A stretch of DNA of 64,000 bases from Somniosus microcephalus (GCA_052327205.1 CM126210.1:177878001-177942000); one strand, 5' to 3'. Positions 1-12,330 are shown, counted from the first letter of the stretch. Program-made: numbers and translations. Notes: generated by a model from the sequence alone, not told the origin.

Positions 1-1163
1 CTCCGATGAGGACTCTCCACTGCTGTCCGTGTCTCCACACTCTGCTGATGCTCACTTGTGAGCTGTGATACACCAGGTGACAACACTACTCTATGTCCCG
101 AAGGTCCCACCGAGGTGCGTGTGTCTGCGCTGGTGCTGGGTGCGCTTACTTCTGCTGGGTGCGCTTACTTCTGCTGACGCTGCGCCCTCAGAGGCTGGAG
201 CTTCCTCTGAGGAGTCTGGCTGCAAAGCCTCTTTCTCCTCGGCAGTGGCAATGGGGGCTACGGATGGTCCTGTGGGGGAGTAAAGAGTTAGAGATGTGAT
301 GCCAAGGCTACTTGCACATTGCATTTGGCAGATGCTCATAAGTCCAAATGATGTGGCTACAGAATCATATCAGCAACTTATGCTATGTCAATGAGAGAGA
401 TGGGGAACTATTCTGTCACCAGCTTGCGGGCTTGCTCCTGTCTCTCCTGCCCCAGCATCCACAGGCACGTCAGCCCCAGCAATCTCAATCGCAGCTTCCT
501 CCCAGGGGCTCAGGTGGGCGATTGAGGGTGGTCCTCCTCCAGTCCTCGCACACTCTCGTCTATTGTGAGCTCTCTTTTCCTGCAATGAGACAAGTGGAGT
601 TTGAGTGAGAGTGCAGGAGTGAGTGTAGAGATTGCATAGCATAGATACTTAGAAGGAGACAAAGATGTTGTGAGGCTGCAAGACCAAGGGCCTGTGTGTT
701 GTCAGGTGTGTTCCAAGCATCAGAGAGGCTGCATGGTGGAATAGTTATGTGAATGTGAGCATAGAGAGAAAGGGAATGGGTAAGGGTGCATGGATGTGAC
801 TGTGAAGTGGGATGTGGAGAAAGAGATTGCTGAAGCTGAGTGCTGTTGGGGAAAGGCAATGGGGATCAGGGTTGAGGGTGATGGAAACTTTGTACTTACT
901 TTCCCTGTGCGGTGAAGGTCATGGAAGCGCTTCCTGCACTGCATCCAGGTCCGACGGGTGACTCCCAGAGAGTTGACCTCTGCAGCCACCTCCATCCAGG
1001 CAGCCCTGGTCTTTTTGGGAGGCCTCTTCCTCCCTGAGCAAGGGTAGAGGACCTCCCTGTGGGCCCTTACCCCATCCACCAATGTCTGGAGTGACGTCTC
1101 GTCGAATTTTGCGGCAGCTCGGCCTCTGCCGCTGGCAGCAGCTGGTGCAGGCTCCTCTGCCAT
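1..1163 (-). pseudogene. Harbinger Myb/SANT-like DNA-binding protein gene (exons 900-1163, 420-579, <1-269), frameshifted
   Basis: KFDETSLQTLVDGV...AAWMEVAAEVNSLGVTRRTWMQCRKRFHDL (trihelix/Myb-SANT pattern), then EKRAHNRRECARTGGGPP. GT-AG introns in phase. A 19-bp tandem duplication at 137-174 shifts the frame. Confidence 0.8.
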
Positions 1164-1418
1164 TGTGCAAGACTGGTTGAGAAGCCTGCAGAGGTTGAGA
1201 AGCTTGCTGGACACTTTAAAAGCACCATGAATTATGACATCATACTGTGGGGCTTTCTGACTGGAAATGGACAATTAGCAAGGGTGCCCACACACTGGGA
1301 CTTAATTGGCCACTTGAGGGAAAATTGTGTGCAGCTGACTGACCCATTTTTTTTCCGGGTCTGAACCCGACATTCGGGGAACCTGAAAATTTCCCGCACG
1401 ATCGGGAAAATCAGGGCC
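1..1418 (-). mobile_element. PIF/Harbinger DNA transposon, one end (extends beyond window start), inside a CASP8AP2 intron
   Basis: Terminus GGCCCTGATTTTCCCGATCG (minus strand) flanked by AAT; subterminal palindromes; encodes a spliced Myb/SANT-like protein typical of Harbinger ORF2. Confidence 0.75.
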
Positions 1419-1429
1419 AATGACTTTAG

Positions 1430-1690
1430 TTTGTGTTAATTGAAGGAGAAATGTGATCCAGGACACCGGAAAACTCTTAGGTCACCTTCGAATAGTGGCA
1501 TGGGATCTTGTATACAAACCTGAACATGCAGACAGCACTAGGGTTCAAAGGCTCATCTTTGTACAATGTAGCACTCCCTCAGTATTGGACCAAATTTCCA
1601 GCCCAGGTAACGTGCTCAAGTCCTGAAGTGGGGATTGAACTCGCGGCCACCAGACTGAAAGGCGAAATTGCAACCACTGAGCCAAGCTTG
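1430..1690 (-). mobile_element. Degenerate tRNA-derived Deu-SINE fragment
   Basis: Similar to 27000-27584 (gcactccctcagta, gtgctcaagtcctgaagtgggattgaac). Confidence 0.6.
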
Positions 1691-3489
1691 TGGTAGATGC
1701 CAGGTATGTATCTGCAATCTACCAATCTAACATGACATGTTGATGCTTTGCTGCACCAGAATTACAATATGAAGACACTTACCATACCATGCACGTGCAT
1801 TAGTAATGCAGACTCCACAATACAATAGCAATTTCCATTGTTTACCCTCACCAGAAGTACAGTCAGTTGCTTAAAAAAAATTACACATTTTATAGGGACT
1901 AAAATTTAGTAATGTAAAAAAGATGATAAATGTTAGTATCTTTTCCATGTGTTTCTGTACTGTTTACCTTACATGAAATGTAATCTCATTAACAGATTCA
2001 ATACGCACCAAAATGGCATTATACTATCTGAACGCGAAACGTAGAATCAACTATCCAAAATAAAGCTCATGGAATATAATGGCTACATTTCAATTATTTA
2101 TTTAGATAGGCCCCACAAGGTGGCACCTGCATTTATTGTCCCACCTCTGCCAAGTCTCACAGCTTTTGGTCCCCTCTCTATCTAACTCACCCTTCCTTAA
2201 TACAGTACTGGTTTTGTCCTTGTGTGTTTTACTGAAGTTGGAGATTTCACTGTTTCCCTTAGATTCTGAGATGGGGGAGGGCTGGATTTCTCAGCTAATG
2301 ACAGCTTGTAGGATTGACAGTGGATTCTGCTCCTCCCTGGAGCCCCCGCCATTATCGCCCTTCCATTGTTATGTGATTTTTTGTTCCTTTCCCTTTATCC
2401 CATTCTGGAATGTTTTACAAAACTCAACCAATTTGAAACATTGAAATCCACTTTATTATTCTGCAAGTATTTCCATGGCTTTGCACTCCTGGATCGTGTG
2501 AATAGATGCAATCAGTGTGGTCTTCTTTACTTTCTTCCTGATTCCTTGTTCCACTGTTGCCTTTTCAGGTTGATGAGCTCTTTTATGAAAATTTTCTTTT
2601 TCATTTGTTTTCCTTTATCGGTTGCGTGCGGTGTGCAAGGATTCAAAAAAAAAATGATTGGACTTTGTCGAGATAAAAATACATTGTAATGCTGGCAGTC
2701 GGAAAAAAATCCAGAGGGCCGAGGACCAGGATTTATCAACAACATTCCTTGGAAATTTCAATAAAAGTCGCAAGCTTATCATTTACACTGTATCATGCTT
2801 ACAGCTTTGATGGAGTCACATCTTAATACAGCTTTCACTCTTCTAGTACACATTTTTGAAAATTCACCACTAATTTCCTCTGCACAACTGGATCCTCAAG
2901 ACTTGTAGTACAGTACATTTAATTTTAAAGTCTGCCTATCCCTGTGATACAAGTTGACATGGTATAGCACCCATTTTCTGACAGAAGGCTAGTAGATTGC
3001 AGTCTTTCCTGGAATTATGGAGGTATCTTAATTAGAGTCCATTTTGTTCTGCATCTATTGCAGCAAAGTCAAAACTATAATTAATTGGTATTTCAAAACT
3101 GGCAGATTTTCTGAACGAGTCAATTTACAAGATGGAGGTACTGTACGTACAGCAAGCTCCAACACAAACAAATCTATGGGGATGGCCACCTGTGGTGTGA
3201 CAATTACTATCTATTTTAGCTTACTGATTGATTGTCCAGTGATATCCATTAATTGTTTTTAACACTTGGCTGCATTTGGTGACTAATTAGCCAAATGCAC
3301 GTGTGTTAGTAATCCAGGGTATTGACTTGCCCAGCATTTTTCCTAATGAAGATTGAGCACAGCCAAAATAGAAGCCATTTTCAGCATGCAGCTATGAAAA
3401 TCTCAAGATTGAAGGGCATTCTGTGCATCAAGACTACCACCCATAAGCATTGCAGTAGTTTGAAACATTAGTTATTATTTTCAACATAC

Positions 3490-3579
3490 GTGAAGCAGAC
3501 TGTCCATTTCCTTGATAGTCTGTGTCCAGGCCATCATAGATATCTATAGAGTTTTCATTGTCAGTCTTCACTGGAGAAA
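3490..3579 (-). CDS. CASP8AP2: CASP8AP2/FLASH second coding exon
   Basis: tattgtag|(V)SPVKTDNENSIDIYDGLDTDYQGNGQSAS|gtatgt resembles the FLASH N-terminal SPLKNNDEGSLDIYAGLD motif; head-to-head synteny with MDN1 as in human. Confidence 0.85.
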
Positions 3580-3898
3580 CTACAATATACACAAAGAGAA
3601 AGCCAACAAATACTTCAAAAATGGTTAAAAGCACAACAAAATATGAAACTGAACATATTCATTATCTGCAGCCGTGGAACCATCTGGGAAGTCGCAAGGC
3701 AGAAAATAATATGCAAATAAACACAATACACCCTTTCAGTCATCAGGGAGAAAAGGGGAACAGAGTGATAGAAAGAGTGAGGCAGTGTACACGCACACAC
3801 AATAAACTTCCAGATACTAATCACAAAATACCAAATTTGATGTTTACAGAAATGTCTTCGAAAATTACAAACCAGTGGTCAGACTTGTGATGCCCACC

Positions 3899-4295
3899 AT
3901 CATAGAATCACAGAAATATACAGCACAGAAGGAGGCCATTCGGCCATTGTGTCTGTGTCGGCCAAAAAAGAGCTATCCAGCCTAATCCCACTTTCCAGCT
4001 CTTGGTCTGTAGCCTTGCAGCACTTCAGGTGCATATCCAAGTACTTTTTAAGTGTGATGAGGGTTTCTGCCTCTACCACCCTTTCAGGCAGTGAGTTCCA
4101 GACACCCACCACCCTCTGGGTGAAAAAAGTTCTCCTCAACTCCCCTCTAATCCTTCTATAAATTACTTTAAATTTATGCCCCCTGGTTATTGACCTCTCT
4201 GCTAAGGGAAATAGGTGCTTCCTATCCACTCTGTCAAGGCCCCATATAATTTTGTACACCTCAATTAAACCTCTCCTCAGCCTCTTCCGTTCCAA
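3899..4295 (-). mobile_element. CR1 LINE 3' fragment
   Basis: LERKRLRRGLIEVYKII...TRGHKFKV...FFTQRVVGVWNSLPERVVEA; CR1-type tail (ttctatga). Confidence 0.9.
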
Positions 4296-5383
4296 CACTG
4301 TCAGGCCCATGCCCTCCCTGATGACAGACAGCAGGAAACCACCCCCACTCCAAATGCTGCCAAACTCCAGCAGCCCCACCACAGTTCTGCTAAAGCCCAG
4401 ATCATCCTCAGCTTGTGTTCATTCTAGATTCCAAAATACTGGAAATGCATCAAATAAACCACGAAAAAAATCAAATATTTCTCAAGGTGCATAGCCCTAT
4501 ACCCCTGCCCCAAGAAAATAAATCATCTGTCTTCACAACACTGGTATATTTCTTTGGGTTTTCGTGTACTGCTGTTCTGCAGCCCCCTGCACACACAACA
4601 CAAGTAAAGAAATGTTGGGTATAGCTACAGTTTAAATTGCAAGCATTGTGTAATTACTTCTGTTCACACATCATAGGCTTGCATTTGGGATTTGTCAGCT
4701 TTTTTGAAGCTATTGGTCAGCTTTTACTAGATTTGAAGGTTAACATGTATGTAATCTATCTAAGCCCTGTAACATGAGCAGATCTCCCACCGTGTGGTTC
4801 ACAGTGAGCTGGAAGAAATGCTTCAGACATTAAGATCAGAAACTAGCAGTCACCTGTCAAGAGGGACATTAAGGAAGGCTGCATATAGTGACAAGTCCTG
4901 GCCAGAATGGAGCTGATGAGTAATTTCCCCCATCAATCACGCCTGGAGACCGCACAGCTGTTAACTGGGATTGATTTTACGCACATCATTTGTATGCAAC
5001 TATTTTCCACTTGTGGCATTTTTCTGGAGAAATAATCAGTTGGTATTATGCAACTAACTATCTTCCACTCTGCTTTTTGCTGGAGCAATAACTCTGCTGT
5101 ACTCGGGAGATTCTGTTTGCTGTAGTTTTGGTCATGAATTCGGAAACTCTAAATTAAAAGTCCCGCCTCACCTCCAACTCATTGGCTGAGACAGTGGTGC
5201 CAATATTCACCCCAATTAAGGAAGGGCCAAGCACAAGGGGGGTATAAAAATCAGAAGGTTGTCATCCCCATGTAAAGTTATAAGCAGCCCTAGAGGAGAA
5301 CTTAAAAGCAGGATAGGAGAATTCTGCTGGGCCGCAACAAACTCAGAATTCATACTATGGAGATTGGAGATCACAAACACAGC

Positions 5384-6147
5384 AGCCCAGAAATTCGGGT
5401 CTCCACGGGTGAGTACGCACGGGGTACTCACCCGTAGGCCCGATGGAAGTGCCGGTTTCCTGCATGCACTGCGCATGCGCGGGAAACCGGCACTTCCGTT
5501 CCTCTGAAAGTAGGGGTTCAGAGGTCGAACGCGTGCACGGGGGAGTCTGCGCGTGCGCTTTGAACTTACTTTTTTTTTAAAAACAGGTTTTTCCGTGAGG
5601 GTAAGTCTTTAGAATTTAGAAATGTAAAAAGCAGGCGTAAGGCCTGCTTTTTACAAGGTAAGTGGTCAATTAATTAAAATTAAAACATTTTTTCCACAGG
5701 TTTATTATTTTAAAATACTTTAAAGCAAGGTAAGTTTATTTTTAGCCCCGTTAGAATATAAAATTATTTTTCAAAAATTTAAATTATTGTTTAAAATAGT
5801 TATTTAATGTAATTTATAGTTTATTTAAAAAATGTGATTTAAAACAAAATTTATTTGAAGGTTTACTGCTATTTTGGGGCCGTAGTATTTATAAGTCTTG
5901 ACAGCACTTCCTGTCAAGACTTATGAATGGAGCATTCCCTGCTGCCATTGGCTCTCCATGGCCCACGTGATCCCAGGGGATGCATTGAACTAACCGCGCC
6001 CCTGGGACACGCAAGCACTGCGCGCCGGCAGCTGGAACAGGCCCCGGATCGGAATTCCACGGGGCCCTACAGCTCAACTGCTGGCGCGCAAGGTAACAGG
6101 TCGGGGGCTTGCACCTGCAGGAAGCCCCCGACCCGAATTTCTGGGCC
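5384..6147. mobile_element. Non-autonomous Harbinger-type element (MITE)
   Basis: TIRs (A)GCCCAGAAATTCGGGTC / GACCCGAATTTCTGGGCC; GC-rich hairpin subtermini around an AT-rich core. Confidence 0.75.
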
Positions 6148-6233
6148 ATTAGGTTTTCTAAAATTGCAGCCACCTGTACATAATTATTTAAGCACAAGAT
6201 AAACTGGCATCGAGCATTCATGGTGTTCCTTAC

Positions 6234-6303
6234 CAAAACTGTCCTGTTGCAACAGATCATCATAAAGATAATCTGCGTTGCTGCTCCCGTCACCACTGTC
6301 CAT
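6234..6303 (-). CDS. CASP8AP2: CASP8AP2/FLASH first coding exon (exon spans 6234-6325 including 5'UTR)
   Basis: Acceptor tttttcttcactcag; ATG in strong context (atcATGG); MDSGDGSSNADYLYDDLLQQDSF then G|gtaag; phase 1 matches exon 3490-3579. Confidence 0.75.
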
Positions 6304-7814
6304 GATGTCTTTAGAAATTCTCCATCTGAGTGAAGAAAAAGTTCCAATCAACACACTATATTAGCATGCAATAAGAAAAATGTACAATTTTCATGGATTG
6401 TGCACACTTGTTAAACACCTCCTGCTTCATTAGCGGATATAGATTTGCCTACAGTCTGCTGATTTCCCCTTGTTGACAAGTCTTGCCAGTCAAGTTTTAT
6501 AGTGCAAGCTGAAAGTGCTTAAAAATACTCCATTTTGTCAAGGACACAGAATATGTAATTATTATCATCGATTCTTCACAATTACAGAAGTATATTGTAC
6601 ATTTAAGATGTTTCAGAATCACTGCCAGCTTGGTATTTGGAGGGTACCGAGTGAAGGAAGGGAAAGGAAACAACTCCCGAGGACAAAGCTGTATCTGCTG
6701 AACAATCTTCAGCTGCAATAGTACGACAAACAAAAACCTTGCTGCCACATTCAGTCAAAGAGCATACAGCCCAACATGACTGAAGTGTTATTATTAATGG
6801 GACGGAGACCATTGCATCTTTTAAGGGAAGAGCAGATAAACATTTGAAGCAGAGGAACAGCCAAGGCTATGGGGACAGAGCAAGAGTGGTAATAGTTTTG
6901 GATTGCTTCAGAAAACAGCCAGCACAGACGCTCAGCTCTCTCTCACTTCCACTGCAACTGACAACCAGCGGAGGAGCACGGGAACTTCAAATCTACAGAA
7001 TCTTACTAGCAAAAGCAGGGAAATGGATGCTGGATTCGAAATGTTTTCTGCACAAAACACAACTGGTTGCCATTCAATAACTTCTCAATGGAAGAAATTG
7101 GATCCTCAACTTCTATTGAAGTCCATACAACTACTTTATTTTAAAGACTTGAAATATCTGTAACTGGATAAATTATTTTGGCCTGTTCCCAAAAACCCTC
7201 CAAAATGCACCAAATCAGAATTTCTTGGAGAGGCAAACTCCAGAAAATAAATCTTTTGTCTTGAACTCTTGTAACTTCCTGCAGGCTTTCACGTACTTAA
7301 ATTATTTATTCCTTCAATATGGAAAGTTGAGTATAGCTACAGTTTAAATTACAGCAAGTCCCTGTCCCATACCATTCTCAGTGCAATTATTTGTTTTCAC
7401 TTGTCATTATTATACATTCTGGGCCATTTTGGAGGGTATTTTTGTGAAGGAACTAGTTAGCTTTTGCTAGTTTTGTAAGGAAAGGACTTACATTGATATG
7501 GCACCTTTCATGTCTGCAGGGTGTCCCAAAGTACTTCACAACCAATGAATTACAGCTTTGATACAATTTCTCCAGAGTTGCAGCATCCAATCAACAGGAG
7601 TGTGTAAATACTGTATGCAGCAACTCAAGGCAGCCATGAGCTACTGCACTAGAGACATTGATAAAAATAATTCAAGTATCAGTAATGAACATAGCTAACA
7701 TAACAGTAAACTACAGTTTTTTTTAGACAAAGTGCAGTCATAGAAAATGTATTTCTGGCACTGCACTCTCTTATTTAATTGTGTGCATAACAACAACATA
7801 TTATCAAGTTACAT

Positions 7815-10680
7815 CGAGTATACAGCACAGAAACAGGCCATTCAGCCCAACTGGTCTGTGCCGGCGTTTATGCTCCACACGAGCCTCCTCTCGCTCTACT
7901 TCATCCCACCCTATCAGCATATTCTTCTATTCCTTTCTCCCTCATGCTTATCCAGCTTCCCTTTATATGCATCTATATATATATATATATGCTATTTGCC
8001 TCAACTACTCCTTGTGGTAGCATGATCCACTCTTACCACTATTTGGGTAAAGAAGTTTCTCCTGAATTCCTTACTGGATTTATTAGTGACTGTCTTATAT
8101 TTATAACCTTTAGTTTTGGTCTCCACCACAAATGGGAACATTTTCTATATGTCTACCCTATCAAAATCTTAAAGATCTCAATTAGGTCACCCCTCAGCCG
8201 TCTCGAGACCCAGCCTGTTCAGTCTTTCCTGCTAAGTATATCCTCTCAGTTCTGGTATCATCCCTGTGAATCTTTTTTGCACCTTCTCCAATGCCTCTAT
8301 ATCCTTTTTATAATATGGAGACCAGAACTGTGCACAGTACTCCAAGTGTGGTCTAACCAAGGTTCGATTTAAGTTCAACAAAACGTCTCTGCTTTTCAAA
8401 TCTATCCCTCTGGAAATGAATCCCAGTGCTAGGTTTGCATTTTTTTATGGCCTTACTAAACTGCGTCACTACTTTTAATGATTTGTGTTTCTCTACCCTT
8501 CGATCCCTTTGCTCCTCTACCCCATTCAGACTTATTATCCAAGGAGTGCGTGGCCTCTTTATTCTTCCTATATACCAAGATTCACCACCTCATTCTTATT
8601 TATATTGAAATTAATTTGTCAATTACACACCCATTCTGTAAGCTTATTAATGTCTTCCTGTATTTTGTTACATCCTTCCTTTGTATTAACTGCACCTCCC
8701 AATTTGGTGTTCTCCGCAAATTTTAAAATTGTACAACCGATTCCGGCATCCACATCATTAATGTAAATCGTGAACAGCAGCGGTCCCAGCACCGATCCCC
8801 GTGGAACACCACTTTGTATCGTTTGCCAGTGTGAATAGCTACACTTAACCCCTACTCTCGGTTTTCTGTTCTGTAGCCAGCTTGCTATTCATTCTGCTAT
8901 CTATCCCCTGATTCCACATGCTCTGACCGTAGTCATGAGTCTACTATGCGGTACCTTATCGAAGGCCTTTTTAAAATCCAAATATATTATATAATGATTT
9001 GTATAGGTTTCTACTGCATTTCCCTTTTCTTCGAAGAATTCAGTAAGGTTGATCAAGCATGACGTTCCCTTTTGAAATCTGTGCTGACTACTTCGGTTTA
9101 TTATATTTTCGGTTTCCAGATATTTTTCTAGTACATCTTGGAGTAAAGATTCCATTATCTTTCCTACCACTGATGTTAAGCTAACTGGTCTGTAGGTCTC
9201 TGGACTTGTTCCATCTCCCTTTTAAATATAAGAACATTAGCTGTCCGCCAGTCCTTTGGCACTATTCCCTTTACTAACGAATACAGTGCCTTTGCTATCT
9301 CTTCCCTAACTTCTTTTAATATGTGCGGATGCTATCCATCTGGACCAGGAGTTTTATCTTCTCTAATTTTGATTAGTTTATCAATTATCTCCCCCCTACC
9401 CCCCATTTCTATCTTAAATGTCTTTATATCTTTTTTTGATCTCTTCTTCTAAAGTCATACCCACCTGGTTAGCTTCCCTTGTTCAGTAATTGTTCAATAT
9501 TTCTGCCATTTCCTGAGAGTTTAGCTTGTGCATCTCTTAGTGGCCCTATCCCTATCCTGATTTCTCTGTTATTTGTTTGTCTGAAGAATGCTTGACTTTT
9601 TTTTATATTCCTCGATAATTTTATTTTGTAGTTCCTTTTTGCTTTCCTAATTTTTTTGGACTTCTTTCCTAACTGTCACCCTCTCCTTTATTGGCTATGT
9701 ACTTGGGTGTGCTTTTTTCTTCAGTTTCAATTTTATCATTCTCTCTTTATCCATTATGGTGTTTCATTATTGGATAAAGCAGTTCCCGCTGTTGTTCTAC
9801 CTCTGTGCGTCAATAACAAATTCAAGTTTGCCTTCCCTACTTCTATTCTCATCCCCTCAAAATTTTGTTTTTTTCCTTTGATCTTTGTCTTACTTATGTC
9901 TTTCTCAATCATTATTTTAAACCTATGTTATGATCGCTATTACCTAAACGGTCCCCTATGCTTACTTCTCTTATCTGCTCGGATTCATTTCCCATTACTA
10001 GATCCAGTAGTGATTCCTCTCTTTATGTACTGGGTAAGAAAGGACCCCTGAACACACTGTAAAAACTCTATTCCCTCTTCCCCTTCTTGCCAGTTTATTT
10101 GGGGGTAGCCGAACTCTCCCATGATTATTATTCTATGTCTTTTACTCAGTTCATAGATTTGTCTACATATTTCTTCCTACACTTCCCTTCCACTATTAGA
10201 TGGTTTGCAGATTACCCCCATTAAGGTGATCGGGCCATCCTTTGTCTCAATCCATATGGATTCTGTGTCTATCTTAATGCTAGTTATGTCCCTTTTTTCT
10301 GCAGACTCTATCTGTTCCCCCTAATTATCGAATTCTCTATGACTACAACCTTTCTATTCTGCTGCTTCCCCTTGGACTGCCTCCTGCTCCATGGTGCCAT
10401 TGTTAGCGTTCTGGCCACCTTCCCTGTAGCCTTCATCCTGATCTTCACAGGTAGCAAGTATATTGTGCCTGTTGGATAGGACCAGTGTCTGCAGGGCCTC
10501 CTTCTCGATCTCCCCCTGGTTCTTCACCCTGTGCTGACTCAGACGTCACTAATTGAGTTTTTCCCTCCGTTTGTCTGGCATCAGCTGCTGCTCACCGTCG
10601 CTCTGTTTTTAAATCACTGGTGCTGGAGCTTCTCGCTCTTTGAGCTCTCTCTCTGCCTGCGCTCCTTTTAAACTGTTTAT
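7815..10680 (-). mobile_element. Degenerate CR1 LINE
   Basis: RT remnants VGKIMESLL...QHRFQKGTSCLINLTEFFE...IYLDFKKAFDKVPHSRL (8901-9170); CR1 3' tail near 7815. Confidence 0.8.
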
Positions 10681-10879
10681 CTAGTCTTTCCTCAAATCAG
10701 ACCTTTGACACTAGGGATTAATCCTGACTATTCTGCGCCATTGCTCCAACACGCAAATGTTGCCCTTATGTCTTGGCAACCAGAATTGGCCATTGTACAT
10801 TAGGTGCAGTCTGACTAGAGTACTACACAATTTGATCACTACTTTCACCAACTTCTGTTCTGTTTCGGCTATATAGCTC

Positions 10880-11520
10880 CTTCTTCTCTTAGGCAGTCCC
10901 TCGGAACCGAGGATGACTTGCTTCCACATTAAAAATGAGTTCGCAGGTGACTGATGAGTCCAATGTGGGACCTACAGTCTCTGTCACAGGTGGGGCAGAC
11001 GGTGATTGAAGGGGCAGGTGGGTGTGCTCCTTGCACTACCTGCGCTTGGCTTCCGCTTGCTCCCGGCGAAGAGACGCAAGGTGTTCGGTGCCTTCCCGGA
11101 TGCTTTTCCTCCACTTTGTGCGGTCTTGGGCTAGGGATTCCCAGGAGTCGGTGGGGATGTTCCACTTTTTCAAGGAGGCTTTGAGGGTGTCCTTGAAGCG
11201 TTTCCTGGGGCTCTCTTGCCGTGTCGGAGTTCCGAGTAGAGTGTTTGTTTTGGGAGTCTCGTATCGGGCATGCAGACAATGTGACCCGTCCATCGGAGCT
11301 GATCAAGCGTGGTCAAAGCATCGATGCTGGCCTGAGCCAGAACACTGACGTTGGTGCGCCTATCCTGCCAAAGGATTTGCAGTATCTTGCGGAGGCAGCG
11401 TTGGTGGTACCTCTCCAGTGCTTTAAGGTGCCTGCTGTACATGGTCCATGTCTCTGAGGCATACAGCAGGGTGGGTATCACTGCTGCTCTGTAGACCATG
11501 AACTTAGTGCCGGGTTTGAG
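10880..11520 (-). mobile_element. RTE-clade LINE 3' fragment
   Basis: [22 protein letters not shown]...[19 protein letters not shown]...[22 protein letters not shown]; short 3'UTR and (GAA)-type tail; same family as 32897-35979. Confidence 0.9.
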
Positions 11521-11748
11521 GGTTGTGAACCTTTGGAATTCTCTACCCCAAAGGGCTGTGGCTGCTGAGTCCTTGGGCAGATTCAAGGCGTAGATAGATA
11601 CGTTTTTGGACTCTGGGGGGAATCAAGGGATATGGGGATCGGGCAGGAAAGTGGAGTTGTGGTCGAAGATCAGCCATGATCTTATTGAATGGCGGAGCAG
11701 ACGTGAAGGGCCGTATGGTCTACTCCTGCTCCTAATTCTTATGTTCTT
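11519..11748 (+). mobile_element. CR1 LINE 3' fragment
   Basis: gttgtgaacctttggaattctctacccc...gatcagccatgatcttattgaatggcggagcag...ctcctgctcctaattcttatgttctta. Confidence 0.85.
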
Positions 11749-11749
11749 A

Positions 11750-12330
11750 ACATCACATTGTTGGTTGCTGCTTTCCATTTGTTAGAGATGTGGACCATCA
11801 AGTCATAAGACTCAAAGGTCTCGAACTTCATCTGAAGCTATTTCAGCACTGTATATGGAGAATGTCTGTCAATCATTTTTCCTACATAAATGTAGTTATT
11901 TACACTTGCCTGCATTAAATGTCATCTATTTTATAATTTGTGAGCTACATCTTAGTTTAGCATTTCCTCCAAATGTGACCAATTTGCACTTTGTTTTCAT
12001 CCAAGTCATTAAATGCAAGTTAAAAACACTTTGGGCATCTTCATGCTGTGGAAGTATGTCAAGGTCCAGGAAAGACCATTATGGTGCATTCACCTCACTC
12101 CAAAGTTTACAAATTTCTTTACATTACACGTACTCCTCAATCTCTTTCTCCAGCAAACATCTATCCAGCTCCCTCTTGAATTTGTTATTCTCCACCCCAC
12201 TGCATCCCCAGACAGTCTGTTCCATGTACTCACCATCCTCTCTGCAATGCTGTTGAATCTGAACTGTCTGTTCACCTTCCCTCTTTTCAACTTCCGTCCA
12301 TGCCTCCTGGTTACACTGTGGCCATAGGAC
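11750..12330 (-). mobile_element. Old CR1 fragments (also 10700-10875)
   Basis: Degenerate CR1 peptides LVRLHLMYNGQFW (10711 ORF) and ERMVSTWNRL (12090 ORF). Confidence 0.6.

Noticed and set aside
2527-2745. Minus-strand ORF as a further CASP8AP2 exon or an L1 remnant (NPGPRPSGF)
   Set aside because: No match to the expected next FLASH segment (CLDLYEEIL-like), and the L1 resemblance is a single weak motif.
4318-4345. CTGATGA...GAAAC hammerhead-like core
   Set aside because: The intervening cagacagcag forms no stem II, and no stem I/III pairing is evident.
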